DNA of 64,000 nt, from positions 8,246,001 to 8,310,000 of the forward strand of contig NC_086097.1 in assembly GCF_963921235.1 (NCBI RefSeq), in the 5' to 3' direction. Shown here one piece after another: positions 1-12,269 of the stretch. The translations under genes were made by a program, and so were the position numbers. Under the pieces are notes generated by a model. The model was not told the DNA's origin. It saw nothing but the letters and a program-made list of their open reading frames with translations, and did no database searches. The stretch is from Mobula hypostoma. Lineage: Eukaryota. Each line of letters starts with the position of its first letter. Positions within the stretch are counted from its first letter, which is position 1.

Positions 1-330
1 CTGTCAAGGAAGTAGAGGAGCAGCAGTGTTTTCCCCATAATTACACTTACTCAGGCCAGGACAGGCTCACCAAAAGGATAATACAGAGGAAGATAGACTT
101 GATGACCCTCTCCATATCTGATCATCCGATGAGGACTGGCTCATGGATCTCTAGTTTTCTCCTGAAGTCCATAATCAGCTCATTGGTCTTGCTGACACTG
201 AGTGAGAGATGGTTGATGTAGCACCACTTAGCCAAATTTTCAGTCTCGCTCCTACGTGCTGATTCATCACCACCTTTGGTTTGGCCAACGACAGTGGTGT
301 AGTCAGCATACTTGAATATGGCATTGGAGC
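1..330 (-). mobile_element. Rex1/Babar-type LINE RT fragment (degenerate)
   Basis: Minus strand translates to FKYADYTTVVGQTKGGDESARRSETENLAKWC..LSLSVSKTNELIMDFRR, matching the KFADD..GDESAYR..LNVSKTKELIVDFRR RT region. Confidence 0.75.
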
Positions 331-519
331 TTATGTGTTGTGTGTTAGTTATAATGTACAGTTTGAGCAGCTTGGTCCAGAGGATTATTATTTCATTTAG
401 CAGAATATATTATACGCCTCAATGACAATAAACTTGATCTTGAACTTGAACTTGAAAAGGTCTATGCAAAGATGAGTGTGACCATGGATCACTTCCATAT
501 TTGATTGTTCAGTATGTGT

Positions 520-852
520 CAGGCTGTGGTCGGGTGCTTCCAATGCATCGGCAGTTGTCAGCTGTCGGTGCCTGGAGGTTTATGGCAGGGGAGTTTCTCC
601 CTTTTTGCCACCTGCTATCGGGGACTATTGGAGTCGATCAGGACTTGAGACTTTTTTTTTACCATGCCTATGGTCTATTCTTTATCAAATTATGGTATTG
701 TTTTGCACTGCTGTAACTATATGTTATAATTATGTGGTTTTGTCAATATTAGTCCTTGGTTTGTCCTATTTTTGTGTGAATATCACTCTGGAGGAACATT
801 GTATCATTTCTTAATGCATGCATTTCTAAATGACAATAAACAAGGACTGAGT
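520..852 (+). mobile_element. 3' part of a non-coding retroposon with (AATCT)n tail; same family as 34058-34691
   Basis: Shares ...gtaactatatgttataattatg...catgcatt..taaatgacaataaa..aggactg.gtgtc.tcataatctaa with 34450-34691. Confidence 0.7.
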
Positions 853-889
853 GTCCTCATAATCTAATCTAAATTCTTGTCCTGTTAAA

Positions 890-1213
890 GATCAAAGATG
901 AGCTTTATCTGTCGCATGTACATCAAATCATTGAAAATTGCTGTGAAATGTGCAGTTAAGTCAACGATTAGCACAGTGTAAGGATTGTGCTGAGGACAGG
1001 CCACAAGTGTCACCACACTTCGAGCACCAACATAGCATGCCCGTAACTTACTAACCCTATCCTGTATGGTTTTTGGAATGTGGCAGCACCCAGAGGAAAC
1101 TCACCCGGTCCCGGGCAGAATATACAAACTTCTTATAGTGATGGGATTTGAACCCTCATCCTTCAATCATTGGTGCTGTAAAACGTTATGCTAACTGCTA
1201 CAGTATCATGCCA
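890..1213 (-). mobile_element. tRNA-derived V-SINE (HE1-like)
   Basis: Reverse complement has a GGCATGATA.TGTAGCAGTTAGC head, a GGGTTCAAATCCC B-box and a V-domain-like GAGTTTCCTCTGGGTGCTG..CCACATTCCAAAA. Confidence 0.7.
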
Positions 1214-1519
1214 CTCTCAACACCAGAGTTTAAATGGTGGAAATTTAACTGTTTCAGTCATTGCTGGCTATAACTGTCAAGGCCTTAAATTTTTCTCTCT
1301 AAACTTTTGCAGCCCTTTACATCTTTCTTCAAAATGTTCTTAAAATGTATCTCTGGACAAGCTTTTAGCATTCTTCATCTAATGTACTTCACTTAAGCAG
1401 AGAATCTAAATTTAGTTAAAGAACTAAATTGGAGAAGAAGAATAAAATGCTTGGACTTTGCATTTCCAACATCCATTGTTGGTCTTTACCTCGTTTAATC
1501 TCATTGATTCTTTATTTCC

Positions 1520-1997
1520 TTCAATTGGAGAGGAACCAGAGGAGGTTCTGGGAAAGAAAGAGTTAACATATGAGGAGTGTTTGAGCCTGGACTCACTGGA
1601 GTTTAGAAGAATGAGTGGGGTTCTCATTGTAACCTATCAAATATTGAAAGGCCTTGATAGGCTGGATGTGAAAAGGGTATTTCCTGTTGTGAGGGATACG
1701 AGGACCAGGAGGTACAGCTGAGTTCCCTTTAGAGTACAGATTAGGAGTATTTTTCTTCAGACAGGGGGTGGTGAATCTGTGGAATTTGTTGCACAGACAT
1801 CTGTGAAGTCTAGTTCACTGGGTATATTTACAGTGGAGGTTGATAGGTTCTTGACTAGTCAGGGTATCAAAGGTTATGTGGAGAAGGCAGGAGAATGGGA
1901 TTGAGAGGGATAATAAATCAGCCATAACAAAATGGTGGAGCGAATTTAATAGGCTAAATTGGTCTAATTTTGCTCCTATGTCTTATGGTCTCATGGT
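1520..1997 (+). mobile_element. CR1 LINE 3' end
   Basis: LTYEECLSLDSLEFRRMSGVLIVTYQILKGLDRLDV C-terminal ORF2 motif; tail gctcctatgtcttatggtc. Confidence 0.85.
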
Positions 1998-2094
1998 GTT
2001 CTCCTCTTCCAGATCTACCTTGGGTTATTCACTTAGGTTGTGATGGCCAAGTCATTGGATATATTAGAAATGGAGATTGATAGAGTCTTAATTT

Positions 2095-2380
2095 GAAACA
2101 CAAGAGATCCTGAGATGCTGGAAATCCAGAGCAACATACACAAAATTTTGAAGGAACTCAGCAAATCAGACAGCATCTATGGAGGGGCATCAACCATCAA
2201 TGTTTTGGGCCAAAACCTTTCATTAGGAGTGTAACGGAAGGGGGAAGACACTAGAATAAGAAGGTGGGAGGAGGGGAAGGCATTGACAGTGATAGGTGAA
2301 GCCAGGTGTATGGGAGAAGAGGTATGATATATGATGCTGGGAGGTGGAAAAGGGAACAGACTGGAGAAGAAGGAATCTTC
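2095..2380 (-). mobile_element. Old Penelope-like terminal repeat (pLTR) inside a CR1 3' fragment
   Basis: aaacacaagaga..gatgctggaaatccagagcaaca..cagcatctatgg motif shared with other pLTRs; hammerhead core decayed. Confidence 0.65.
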
Positions 2381-2959
2381 TTCAATTCTTGATTAGTCAC
2401 GCTACCAAAGGGTATAGAGAGGAGGTAGACAGGCAGGTTTGAGCTGGATAATAAATCGGGCAAGAAGGAATGGCAGGGCAGACTCGATGACCAAGCAGCC
2501 CAACTCAGCTCCTATGTCTTATGTCTTGTGTCTTGTTCCAGATTCCTCTTCGATCTTCATTTAAATACTGATCTAAGCTTTACTGAGGAACTGTCATACT
2601 TCAATGAGGGGGTTGAACAGATTTTTTTGTGCACCACAGCAATCACACTTTGCAGGCAATGATTATGTTTTCGTGAGACAATTTTGTTTGTATCGCTTCT
2701 TGATGCAAACTGTGCACGCAGCTGATAATTTACTTCAATTCACTGGATGATAAATAAAAATGCAACAAGGAACTCTTCACAATTACGTATCATCACTGGC
2801 ATCTCTCCAGTGTAAGATGAGCACGTTTAAAACTTCAGCAATCATATGCTGATAGCAGGCATTCCTTCAGAACAAATGAAAGGTGAAAATGGAATAATAT
2901 TTTGGATAGAAAAACAACGGGCCATGAAAAATAGCTTTGGCTAAAAGAACCATTACTGG

Positions 2960-3832
2960 AAACGTTGCTAGACCTTCAACTAAAACAAGGACCACTCCCA
3001 TCAAAGCTACTCTGCATTGGCTTCCTGTATCTTGTAGAATTGATTTTAAAGTTCTCTTGCTTGTTTTTAAAGCTGTCAATGGTCTGGCACTGGAGTACAT
3101 CACAGAATTGTTTTTGTTTTATTATCCTGATTGGGCTCTCAGAACTCCTTCCTCAGCCAGTCTCCCTCAGAAGATAATTGGCTGGTGAGCTTTAAAGGAA
3201 CTGCATTCCTAAACTCCTGAATTCAATACTTAAACCTATAAGGGATGCAGACTCAGTTGACACTTATAAACACCAGATCAAAACCTATTGATTTAACTTC
3301 GTTTTTAGCTGGCGTCTTTTTGTCATTAAGTTTTATATTTAAACTTGATCTCATTTTAAAAACTTTGAGCTTTGTAAACTATGGATGGGTGGAGGAATGG
3401 AGATACCTCTCTACCAAAGGAGGTGTAAGACACTCCTTCCCACCACAAGCCTGCAGGTCACTCTTGAGCAAGGTGTAACCACCCCCTCCCCGAATAGGGT
3501 CATAGAAGCCATGGAGCAGGTGGTGGATGGTCTTACAAGCAGCTGGTGCACATCACAAGTCCTGGTTATGTGACCACTGACACCAGGCAGACAGTCTCTG
3601 AAGCATATTGATAATGGCTGGGGTCATCCGTCTTGTAAGGGAATTGCCCAGAAGGAGGCAATGGCAAACCACTTCTGTAGAAAAAATTTGCTAAGAACAA
3701 TCATGGTCATGGAAAGGCCATAACCACCCCCATCATACGGCATGTCAAATAATGATGATGATGATGATGAACACTACATATAAGCACTTCGAACTTTGTA
3801 AGAAAAGTGCTCTATAAATAAGTTATTATTAT
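2960..3832 (+). mobile_element. L2 LINE 3' end, interrupted by an RTE-related element
   Basis: TPIKATLHWLPVSCRIDFKVLLLVFKAVNGLA is an L2 ORF2 C-terminal motif; 3' end aagtgctctataaataagttattattatt. Confidence 0.8.
3382..3770 (+). mobile_element. RTE-related non-autonomous retroposon, (GAT)n tail; further copies at ~46505-46870 (+), ~58380-58680 (+), ~62750-63030 (-)
   Basis: Four mutually similar copies with GAAG(G)AGGCAATGGCAAACCACTTC, an RTE/BovB-type motif, and a microsatellite tail. Confidence 0.7.
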
Positions 3833-4572
3833 TTTTTCTCAGTTCAAGCTAATAAACCTTGAGGTATGGGCATAGACAAGCATGCTTATTTTTTAATTGC
3901 TAGGAACTTTCAGGCTATTCTAGTGGTGTTTAGTATTGTGCCTTTCTGGAGAGTTACATAAATATTGCTGTGTAGCCCTAATTGTTTAATGCTAGTATAT
4001 AGTGACTTTGAGATGATACCAGTTTTTAGATATTACTATCGGGACAATGTATACCCTGTTTATGTTCCATAGTCTTTCAATTTCCTTTTTTAATTCCACA
4101 TACTTTTGATGATTTTTACTTATTGATTTATGTATGTAATGTGTGTTTGGAATGGTTATATCTACTTCGAAAGTTGTTCTTGCCTGCTTATCCTTTAATA
4201 TTATATCCAGACAGTTATTTATGGATTGTCCTGTCTGTAATAATAGATTGGTCATGATATAATTTGTAGGACTCTGACTCTAAAACTGCATATAAAACTG
4301 TATTTATAATAAGGTATGGGGTCTTTAATGAGTTTGTATTTTAAAGCAAGATTTTGGTGAATGATGTTTGCCATTTGATTGTGCCTGTCTAAGTAATTAG
4401 ACTGAGTTAAACTGCTGCAGGATCCTGTAATGTGTTAGATTATTTCTGGTTTCTCTTGGCATTTTCTGCATTTATTATCTTGAGTTTCTTGGTCTTTTAT
4501 TATATATTTTTTGATTTTTTTTGTGTTAACCACCTGGTCCTGCATTATCACAAGGAACCCCTGTTTCTGGGA

Positions 4573-4806
4573 GGGAGGGAGGGGATGTCGACTCAGACCA
4601 TGAGAGGTCTGTGTCAGGAATTTTCATGCCTTACAAGGCACAGATTGGAAGTCTGTGTGGGGCGCCACTCCTCGCACAAACACTAGAGCAATGTGTGGTT
4701 AAGTGTCTTGCTCAAGGACACAATCACGCTGCCACAGCTGAGGTTCGAACTAGCGACCTTCAGATCATTAGAAGAACGCCTTAACCACTTGGCCATGTGC
4801 CCAACA
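4573..4806 (-). mobile_element. tRNA-derived CORE-SINE with RTE-like 3' end
   Basis: Head GGGCACATGGCCAAGTGGTTAAGGCG..GTTCGAACC; CORE-like TGTGTCCTTGAGCAAGACACTTAAC; 11-bp TSD tgtttctggga (4562-4572 / 4807-4817). Confidence 0.85.
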
Positions 4807-7800
4807 TGTTTCTGGGAAGAGATCTTCAATTCTGAGCCAAGCATGCGCCACTTCATTGTAAACATCTGTTTTTCTCAGATGGAGGATCATACTCTTCCAT
4901 TGGTTAACTTTTTCTTCTCTGGTGATTATTTCTTCATTTTTCTGGGTTGTGCTTTCATTTAAGTTCAGTGGTGTGTACTTCTTATCAGAATTGCATATGT
5001 TCATGTTGAGTGCTGAATCCTGCTTTCGTTGATGAAAATATATCCTTAAAAGCTTTATCTGACTTCTATGTATTTTTTTTAATGTCTGTTGTTCCTCTTC
5101 CTCCATCTGTCCTAGATAGTGTTAATCCTAATGCATGTGGTGTTTTCTAAAATTTATCATTTCAGTTCTGATTTTTCTTTGTAAGTTTTCCAGATCAGTG
5201 TTGGACCAAGATATTATGCCAAAAGAATATGTTAATATGGGTAAAGCAAAAGTATTTATTACTTCTGTTATATTTTTGCCATTGAGCTCTGTTTGGCAAA
5301 TTTTCTTAAGCCTTGAAGTAAATATTGTAGGAAGTTTTCCTTTTATCACAGTCTGATTTATTTTCTTTCTTTGTTGATATCCCAACTGCGTATATGTTTC
5401 ATGTTCAACCGTCAGCTGCACTGAATTCTGCTGCTCTGCTTTGTTCTCTATTAGCTCTTTTGACCTTTCTTTATGTTTAATATTCTGAACTTATCCAGTC
5501 AATAGTTCATATTTATATCTTTAGAAAATGGTTTTACTATCTGAATTAATTGCTTTCGGATTACTGATGAAGAAGTGTATAACTTCATACTGCCCGTGTA
5601 TAGAAGGTGTTTCAAGGTGCAATTCATTTTGTTGTTTCTGATTTGATACGCAATTTTCACCTGATTCAGTAAGTTAGAGAGCGGGTTTAAAGCAAATCAG
5701 AACAATAGTGAATATAAACGCTGGTAAATGCCTTGTTTTATTTTGATTACAGTGGTCGTTCTTTTTTGGTTGTTAAAAGGTAGGATGATTACAGTATTCC
5801 AGTGACCATAAGACCATAAAGTCATAAGATATAGGAGCAGAACTGATACATTTGGCCCATCAAGTCTGCTCTGCAATTTCATCAAGGATGATCCAATTTT
5901 CCACTCAGCCCCAATCTCCTGCCTTTTCTCCATATCCCTTCATGTCCTGACCAATCAAGAATCTATCAACTTCAACCAAATCTCCTTTGTCTATCCTGCT
6001 AGCTACTTCTTCACAGAATTCCAACAGATTTGTCAGGCAAGATTTTCCCTTGAGGAAATCATGTTATTCACAATCTGTTTTGTCATGTGCCTCGGTGTAC
6101 CCTGAGACCTCATCCTTAATAATCGACTCCAGCATCTTCCTATTCACTGAAGTCAGACTAACTGGCCTATAGTTTCCTTTCTTTTGCCTTCCTCCCTTCT
6201 TGAAGAATGGAGTGACATTTGCAATTTTCCAGTCTTCCAGAGTGATTCCAGAATCTAGTGATTCTTGAAAGATCATCACTAATGCCTCCCCAATCTCTTC
6301 AGACACCTCTTTCAGAACCCTTCAGTGCACACCCTCTCATCCAGGTAACTTATCTACCTTCAGACCTTTCAATTTCCCAAGAACCGTCTCTCCAGTTATG
6401 GTAACTTCACACACTTCATGACCCCTGACACCTGGAATTCCACCATACTACTAGTGAAGACTGATGCAAAATATTTATTCAGTTCATCCGCCATTTCCTT
6501 GTCCTCCAGTACTACCTCTCCAGCATCAGCATTGTTAACCAGCGGTCTGATATCCTCTCTTGCCTCTCTTTTACACTTAATGTACCTTATGAAGAAATTG
6601 TTGGTGTCCTCGTTAATATTATTGTCTAACTTACTTTTGTATAGCATCTTTACCTTCTTAGTTGCTTTCTATTGTTTTTTAAAAGCTTTCCAATCAACTA
6701 ACTTTCCACTAATTTCTGCTATATCATATGCCCTCTCTTTGGCTTTTATGTTGGATTTGATTTCTTTTGTTAGCCATGATTGTGTCATTTTGCCTTTAGA
6801 ATACTTCTCCCTTGTTGGGATGTATAATCCTGTGCCTTCCAAATTGCTTCCAGAAATCCCAGATATTGCTGCTCTGCCATTATCCCTGCCAATGTCCTTT
6901 TCCGATCAATTCGGTCCAACTCCTCTCTCATGGCTCTGTAAATCCCTTTACTCCACTGTAATACTGATACATCTGACATTAGTTTCGCCTTCTCAGATTT
7001 TAGGGTGAATTTTATCATATTATGATCATTTGCCTCTAAGGGTTCTTTTACCTTAAGCTCTCTGATCAATTCTGGTTCATTGCATAACACCTAATCCGGA
7101 ATAATTGATCCTCTAGTGGGCTCAACCAGGAGCTGCTCAAAAAAGCCATCTTGTAGGCACTCTAGAAATTCTCCTTCCTGGAAGCCAGCACCAACCTGAT
7201 TTTCCCAATCTACCTGCATATTGAAGTCCCCCATGACTATTGCAACATTGTCCTTTCGGCATGCATTTCCTATCTCCCATTATAATTTGTAGACCACATC
7301 TTTACTATTGTTTGGGGATTTGTATACAACTCCCATCAGGGACTTTTCACTTTTTTAATTCCTTAGCTATATCAACAATGATTCAACACCTTCTGCCCCT
7401 ATGTTACCTCTTTCTAATGATTCGATTTTATTTTTTACCAACAGTAGACCACCTCTGCCTTCCTGGCAGTCCTTTCGATACAGTGTATATCTCTGGAAAT
7501 TAAGCTCCCAGCTATAATCTTCTTCCGGCCATAACATCATATCTGTCAATCTACAACTGTACTGCAAGTTCACCTACCTTATTTTGTATACAGAGCACGT
7601 TCAAATACAACAACTTAGGTCCTGTATTCACCCTTTACAAGTTTGTCCACCTTTTATGTTGCAACTCATCCTGTTAACTAGAATTTTGCCCTTTCAACAG
7701 CCTCCCCTCAGTACACATCACCTCTGTTTGTAAACCAGCTACCTCATCTTCAGCACTATCATCTGCCTTTCCTACGATACTTCATGCAGCTCAGGATTCT

Positions 7801-8230
7801 AGTTGCACCATGCTCAACCTTTAGATTCCAAGCTTTGTCTGAGGTCTTACCAACATCTGCCTCCACAACCTCTCCACTAACTGATCTGGCACTCAGATTC
7901 CCATTTCCCCGCAACTCCAGTTTAAACTCCACCATGCAGCGTTAACAAACTTTCTTGCTAGGATATTAGCCCCCTGCAATTCAGGTACAAACTGTTCCTT
8001 CTGTACAGTCCCCATCTTCCCCAGAGAGAGCCCAATGATCCAAAAATCTTATGTCCTCCCTCCTACACCAACTCCTTAGCCACGTATTAAACTGTATAAT
8101 CTTCGTAGTTCTGACTCAGTGGTACGTGACACAGGTAGCAATCCTGAGATCACAACCCTGGAGGACCTGCCCTTTAACTTAGCACCTAACTCCCTGAATC
8201 GGAGTCAGAATCAGAATCAGGTTTATTATG

Positions 8231-8436
8231 CAAACACGAGGGAATCTGCAGATGCTGGAAATTCAAGCAACACACGCAAAAAATGCTGGTGAACACAGCA
8301 GGCCAGGCAGCATCTATAGGAAGAGGTACAGTCGACGTTTCAGGCTGAGACCCTCTCTCGGTCTGAAATGTCGACTGTGCCTCTTCCTATAGATGCTGCC
8401 TGGCCTGCTGCGTTCATCAGCATTTTTTATGTGTTG
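8231..8436. mobile_element. Fold-back mini-Penelope insertion
   Basis: Inverted pLTR arms; TSD atcaggtttattat / atcgggtttattat (8216-8229 / 8437-8450). Confidence 0.85.
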
Positions 8437-8513
8437 ATCGGGTTTATTATCAGCGGCATGTGACGTGAAATTTGTTAACTTAACGGCAGCAGTTCAATGC
8501 AATACATAATCTA

Positions 8514-8514
<1 letters not shown>

Positions 8515-8584
<70 letters not shown>
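8515..8584. repeat. Compound (TA)n(GA)n microsatellite
   Basis: Directly visible. Confidence 0.95.
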
Positions 8585-8587
<3 letters not shown>

Positions 8588-10619
8588 TAAATAAATAAAA
8601 TAAAACATAATAATAAATAAACAACTAAATCAATTATGTATATTGAATAGATTATTAAAAAATGTGCAAAAACTGATGGTAACAGTGAGTAAATGACATG
8701 CCCTGGGTGCTGGAGGTACTTACTAATGGATGCTGCCTTTCTGAGACACCGCTCCCTAAAGATGTCCTGGGTACTTTGTAGACTAGTGCCCAAGATGGAG
8801 CTGACTAGATTTACAACCCTCTGCAGCTTCTTTCGGTCCTGTGCAGTAGCCCCTCCATACCTATAGTGATGCAGCCTGTCAGAATGCTCTCCATGGTACA
8901 ACTATAGAAGTTTTTGAGTGCATTTATTGAAATGCCAAATTGCTTCAAACTCCTAATAAAGTATAGCCGCTGTCTCTGATCTCCCTATGCGGAACCAAGT
9001 CACTCATTCTACCATGTTACTGGTACCTGCATGGACCACGACTTCTGGCTGTTCACCCTCCCACTTAAGAATGCTAAGGACACATTCCAAGATATCCCGG
9101 ACTCTGGCACCCCGGAGGAACATACTATCTGGGAATCTCGTCCTTGCCCACACAACCGCCTGTCCGTTCATCTAATTTACAAATTCTCTGTCACCACAGC
9201 ATGCTTTATCTACACCATCACCCACCTCCTGAGTCACAGAGGCAGACTCAATGCCAGAGACACAATCACTGTGACTTTTCTCTGTTAGGTCAAAGCTTCA
9301 TCAGATGTAGGAATTTCACAAATATTGGGTGAGTTTATATATATTTAGAACTTGCATGAACCATGAGTGTAGAAGGAATCAAATACTTTTAGATAGTTAA
9401 TACAACAACATGAAAGATTTCTATTTTTCTGCTTGATTTAGAATTACAGAATCTATTATCAGTTGTTCTTTACATCCTTTCATACCCTACGGAATCCTTT
9501 CTGCTCTTCTGTAAGTATATGGTAGGTATCTAAGTGAATGGTGATTAGTCGCAAGGTGCATGATGTTTCAATTTTATACATCGTTTGTAAACAAGTAATT
9601 GGATGACATTTTGATGGGTCATTTGTGATTTCTCTTTTAGGTAAGAGATAAGTTTTACCTTCTGTTAAAAATTTGGCACATTTTCAAGATTTTAAGAAAA
9701 GTTTTGATACTACTTAATAGGTATGGATGAAGAGAAGTAAATTTTTATACTAGTAATTATGAATATTATCACTGTTGGTACTTTTCCAGTTGTGGGTATT
9801 TTTCATAACCTCTTTCAGCAAATCCATCATAACTTCAGATGTTTGCAGTTCAATCGTGTGTGTGCGTTCTTTTCCCTCCCTAACCCAGCTTGCTTCTTCA
9901 TTGTGCATCACCCTTTTTGACCAGATATTAGACCAAAAGATTGTGTTTGTTGGTACAGATGTGCTTGGATTTGTTTCTGTTTTGGTCCGTGGGTGGTAAT
10001 TTATTTCCCACCCACATGTGCAGAGCTTTCCCCAGTCTACGACCTGCGGATGCACCCAATGGGAGACAGAAAACCCGTCACAGAATTATTGTTTACATTA
10101 CATGCTCAAGAGTTCCAAGCAAAACATAGTAGATTATAGGCAGTCGATCATATGGAACAAATGATTCACTTGAACTTAGGTTAACTCTTGCACATCTGTA
10201 CATACAGTACAAGGATACTTGAATTTGGTAAATGGTCATTTTGGTGCCAATGCTGTTTTTAGTTTGCATGCAAGGTGCACCGAACAGCAGGGACTGGGTT
10301 TTCTTATTCTAATACATACAACCTTGTAACAGGAAATCGCATAACATTATGTTGTTATAGTGATGATGGTGTGTGGTAGTATGACAAGTGAATGATCAAA
10401 GGTGCTGCAAGCTATTCTTATGGAGTGTGTAAGTTTGTGGCCAATAGGAAGGTTGGACTTAGTCCAAGGGCCACACATGCTTGGCCCTCATTGTTTATTT
10501 GAATGCTTAACTTAAGTCTATAACAGATATAGTCCAGGCACCCTGGAAATGGAGCCCACTTGAACTTCCAAGATAGTTACAACTTAAGTGAATTGTATAG
10601 ATTCTGCAAAATGCATATT

Positions 10620-11162
10620 GGCACCATGGTAGTGTAGCTGTTAGTGCGGCAATATTATAGCTTGGGGTGTCAGTGTTTGGGGTTCAATTCAAATGTTCCC
10701 TTAAGCAGTTTGTATGTTCATTCCTCTGGGTGCACAGGTTTTGTTATGTTTTGTAACTTCAAAACATTAAACTAATCCAAAGGAAGACAAGTGAGTCCAA
10801 AATGTGCGTCCAACTTGTGTTTACTTTAAGTGAGGCATGCACGAGTCATGTGGTCGAGTCATGATATATGCAATTCACATTTATATATATATATTTTGTA
10901 ATTATTTAAACAAGAAATTCTTAATCAATAACTTTACAAGATTACTCAAATATTATTGAAATATTAAGTACCAAACAGATTTCCTCTCAGTGCTCCAGTT
11001 TCCTCCCACAGTCTAAAGGCATACTGGTTAGTAAGTTAATTGGTTATTGTAAATTATCCTTTGATTAGGCTAGTGTTAAATAGGTGGGTTGCTGAGCAGT
11101 ATTACTCTGGGCTGGAAGGGTCTGATCTGCGCTGTATCTCTAAATAATATAAAATAAATAAA
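10620..11162 (+). mobile_element. V-SINE interrupted by a solo LTR
   Basis: Head ggcaccatggtagtgtagctgttag..ggggttcaattc; V-domain ttcctctcagtgctccagtttcctcccacagtc; (TAAAA)n tail. Confidence 0.75.
10742..10977. mobile_element. Solo LTR-like insertion (236 bp)
   Basis: TGTT...AACA termini; 5-bp TSD ggttt/gattt; splits the V-domain of the host SINE. Confidence 0.65.
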
Positions 11163-12269
11163 GCTTAAGAAATGTATTGCATCAATGACTGCAACTACTA
11201 TCACTGATTTCTTTACCATCTTACACATTTCTTGTTTCCAAGTTGCAGGAGTTTATTTCTGCTCTGTCAGTTTGTGGATCACCCCAGCCTGTGAACAGAA
11301 GCATTTTTTTTAGCAGTCAGTTGGTTCAAATCAGTCTAAATCGAAAACAGCCCAACATGGCCAGTGTTTAATGCAGCTTCACTTGACTGAAATGAATATT
11401 AGATCTCTGTTTGATAGGGCTGTGCTTCATTTCTCAGTTTAAACACACTGATTCTCTCTGTCATCAGTTAATTCATCTTAACCCTGATTAGGCTCGAGCT
11501 TCATTATAAACTGGAAGTTGTAACGCAAAGGTGAGGGTAGTGATGGCAGAATATGACAGCTAACCCGGGGTGAAATCCATTACAGTCTGTCAAATCACAG
11601 CAGATCAGAAACAAGAGGTATTTGCTGTTTTGCATTTCTCTGCCATGATCCAGTTGTTCGCTTTGTTATTCCAGGGGTTTCTGCTACATGATACATTCTG
11701 CAACTTTGCATTGTCATTGTTATAAGGATAGAAATAGCTTGAAGCCATGAGGGTTCTGAAGTCTATTTCATCATACATTAAGTTCTTGGATGATCCACCA
11801 ACCAACATCAAAACATTTTCTGTGACTGATCTCATACACCATTAATTGTCACTCTGAGTGTGTGTCACTGCTCCGCGGTACAGCTGGGATAGGACTTTGT
11901 GCAGTTACTGTAATTTCGCCCCTAGGGCTTTTTATTTAGCTTTTTTTGCAATAAGATAGAGAAGAAGAAGAAGACTGCTCCAACTATCATCGAACGAGAT
12001 GGCTGTTGGATCAATGGAAGTGCATTTGTGTTAAATATCGAAAGCTGACAAATAGACACAGGAACAAGAGGATAGGAATAGGTGACACACCAACTCACCT
12101 CATCTCTCAACCCTGCCAGCTCATAACTCAATTTAATACCATTATGATTTTTGTCATTTTATTTCAAATCATACCCATTATTTGCTTCGATCAAGGCATT
12201 TTGTTCTATGGCCACTAATCATCACTTACATTCTACCCAATTCACAAAAAGCAGATGAAAGAATTTCTT

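Larger units (their letters stand above)
8197..8975 (-). mobile_element. Rex1/Babar-like LINE 3' fragment (older family), (TCTGAT)n tail
   Basis: DRKKLQRVVN..RCLRKAASISKYLQHPGHVIYSLLPS (ORF 8494-8901). Confidence 0.75.
5805..9290 (-). mobile_element. CR1 LINE, internally deleted; ORF1 esterase and ORF2 EN/RT remnants; contains a Rex1-type insert at 8197-8975
   Basis: Tail accataagaccata at 5805; EDWKIANVTPFFKKGGRQKKGNYRPVSLTSV (6064-6306); EPLEANDHNMIKF (6785-7090). Confidence 0.85.
3833..10010 (-). mobile_element. R4/Dong-clade non-LTR retrotransposon (RT plus restriction-like endonuclease), 5'-truncated, split by a SINE (4573-4806) and a CR1 (5805-9290)
   Basis: NWKS..DNIHNY (9750-9800); TYLLPK..PITCL..EEQKGF..GCKEQLIID (9300-9680); IKQGIYQ (5730); INTFALPILTYSFGIISW (5128-5421); decayed PD-(D/E)xK region NNCLDIILKDKQARTTFEVDITIP..QKYVEL (3992-4255). 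Confidence 0.8.

Noticed and set aside
6418..7008. 196-aa hydrophobic ORF
   Set aside because: Antisense shadow of CR1 ORF2
11605..11835. 76-aa ORF as a host gene
   Set aside because: No recognisable domain or convincing splice context; the length is compatible with chance
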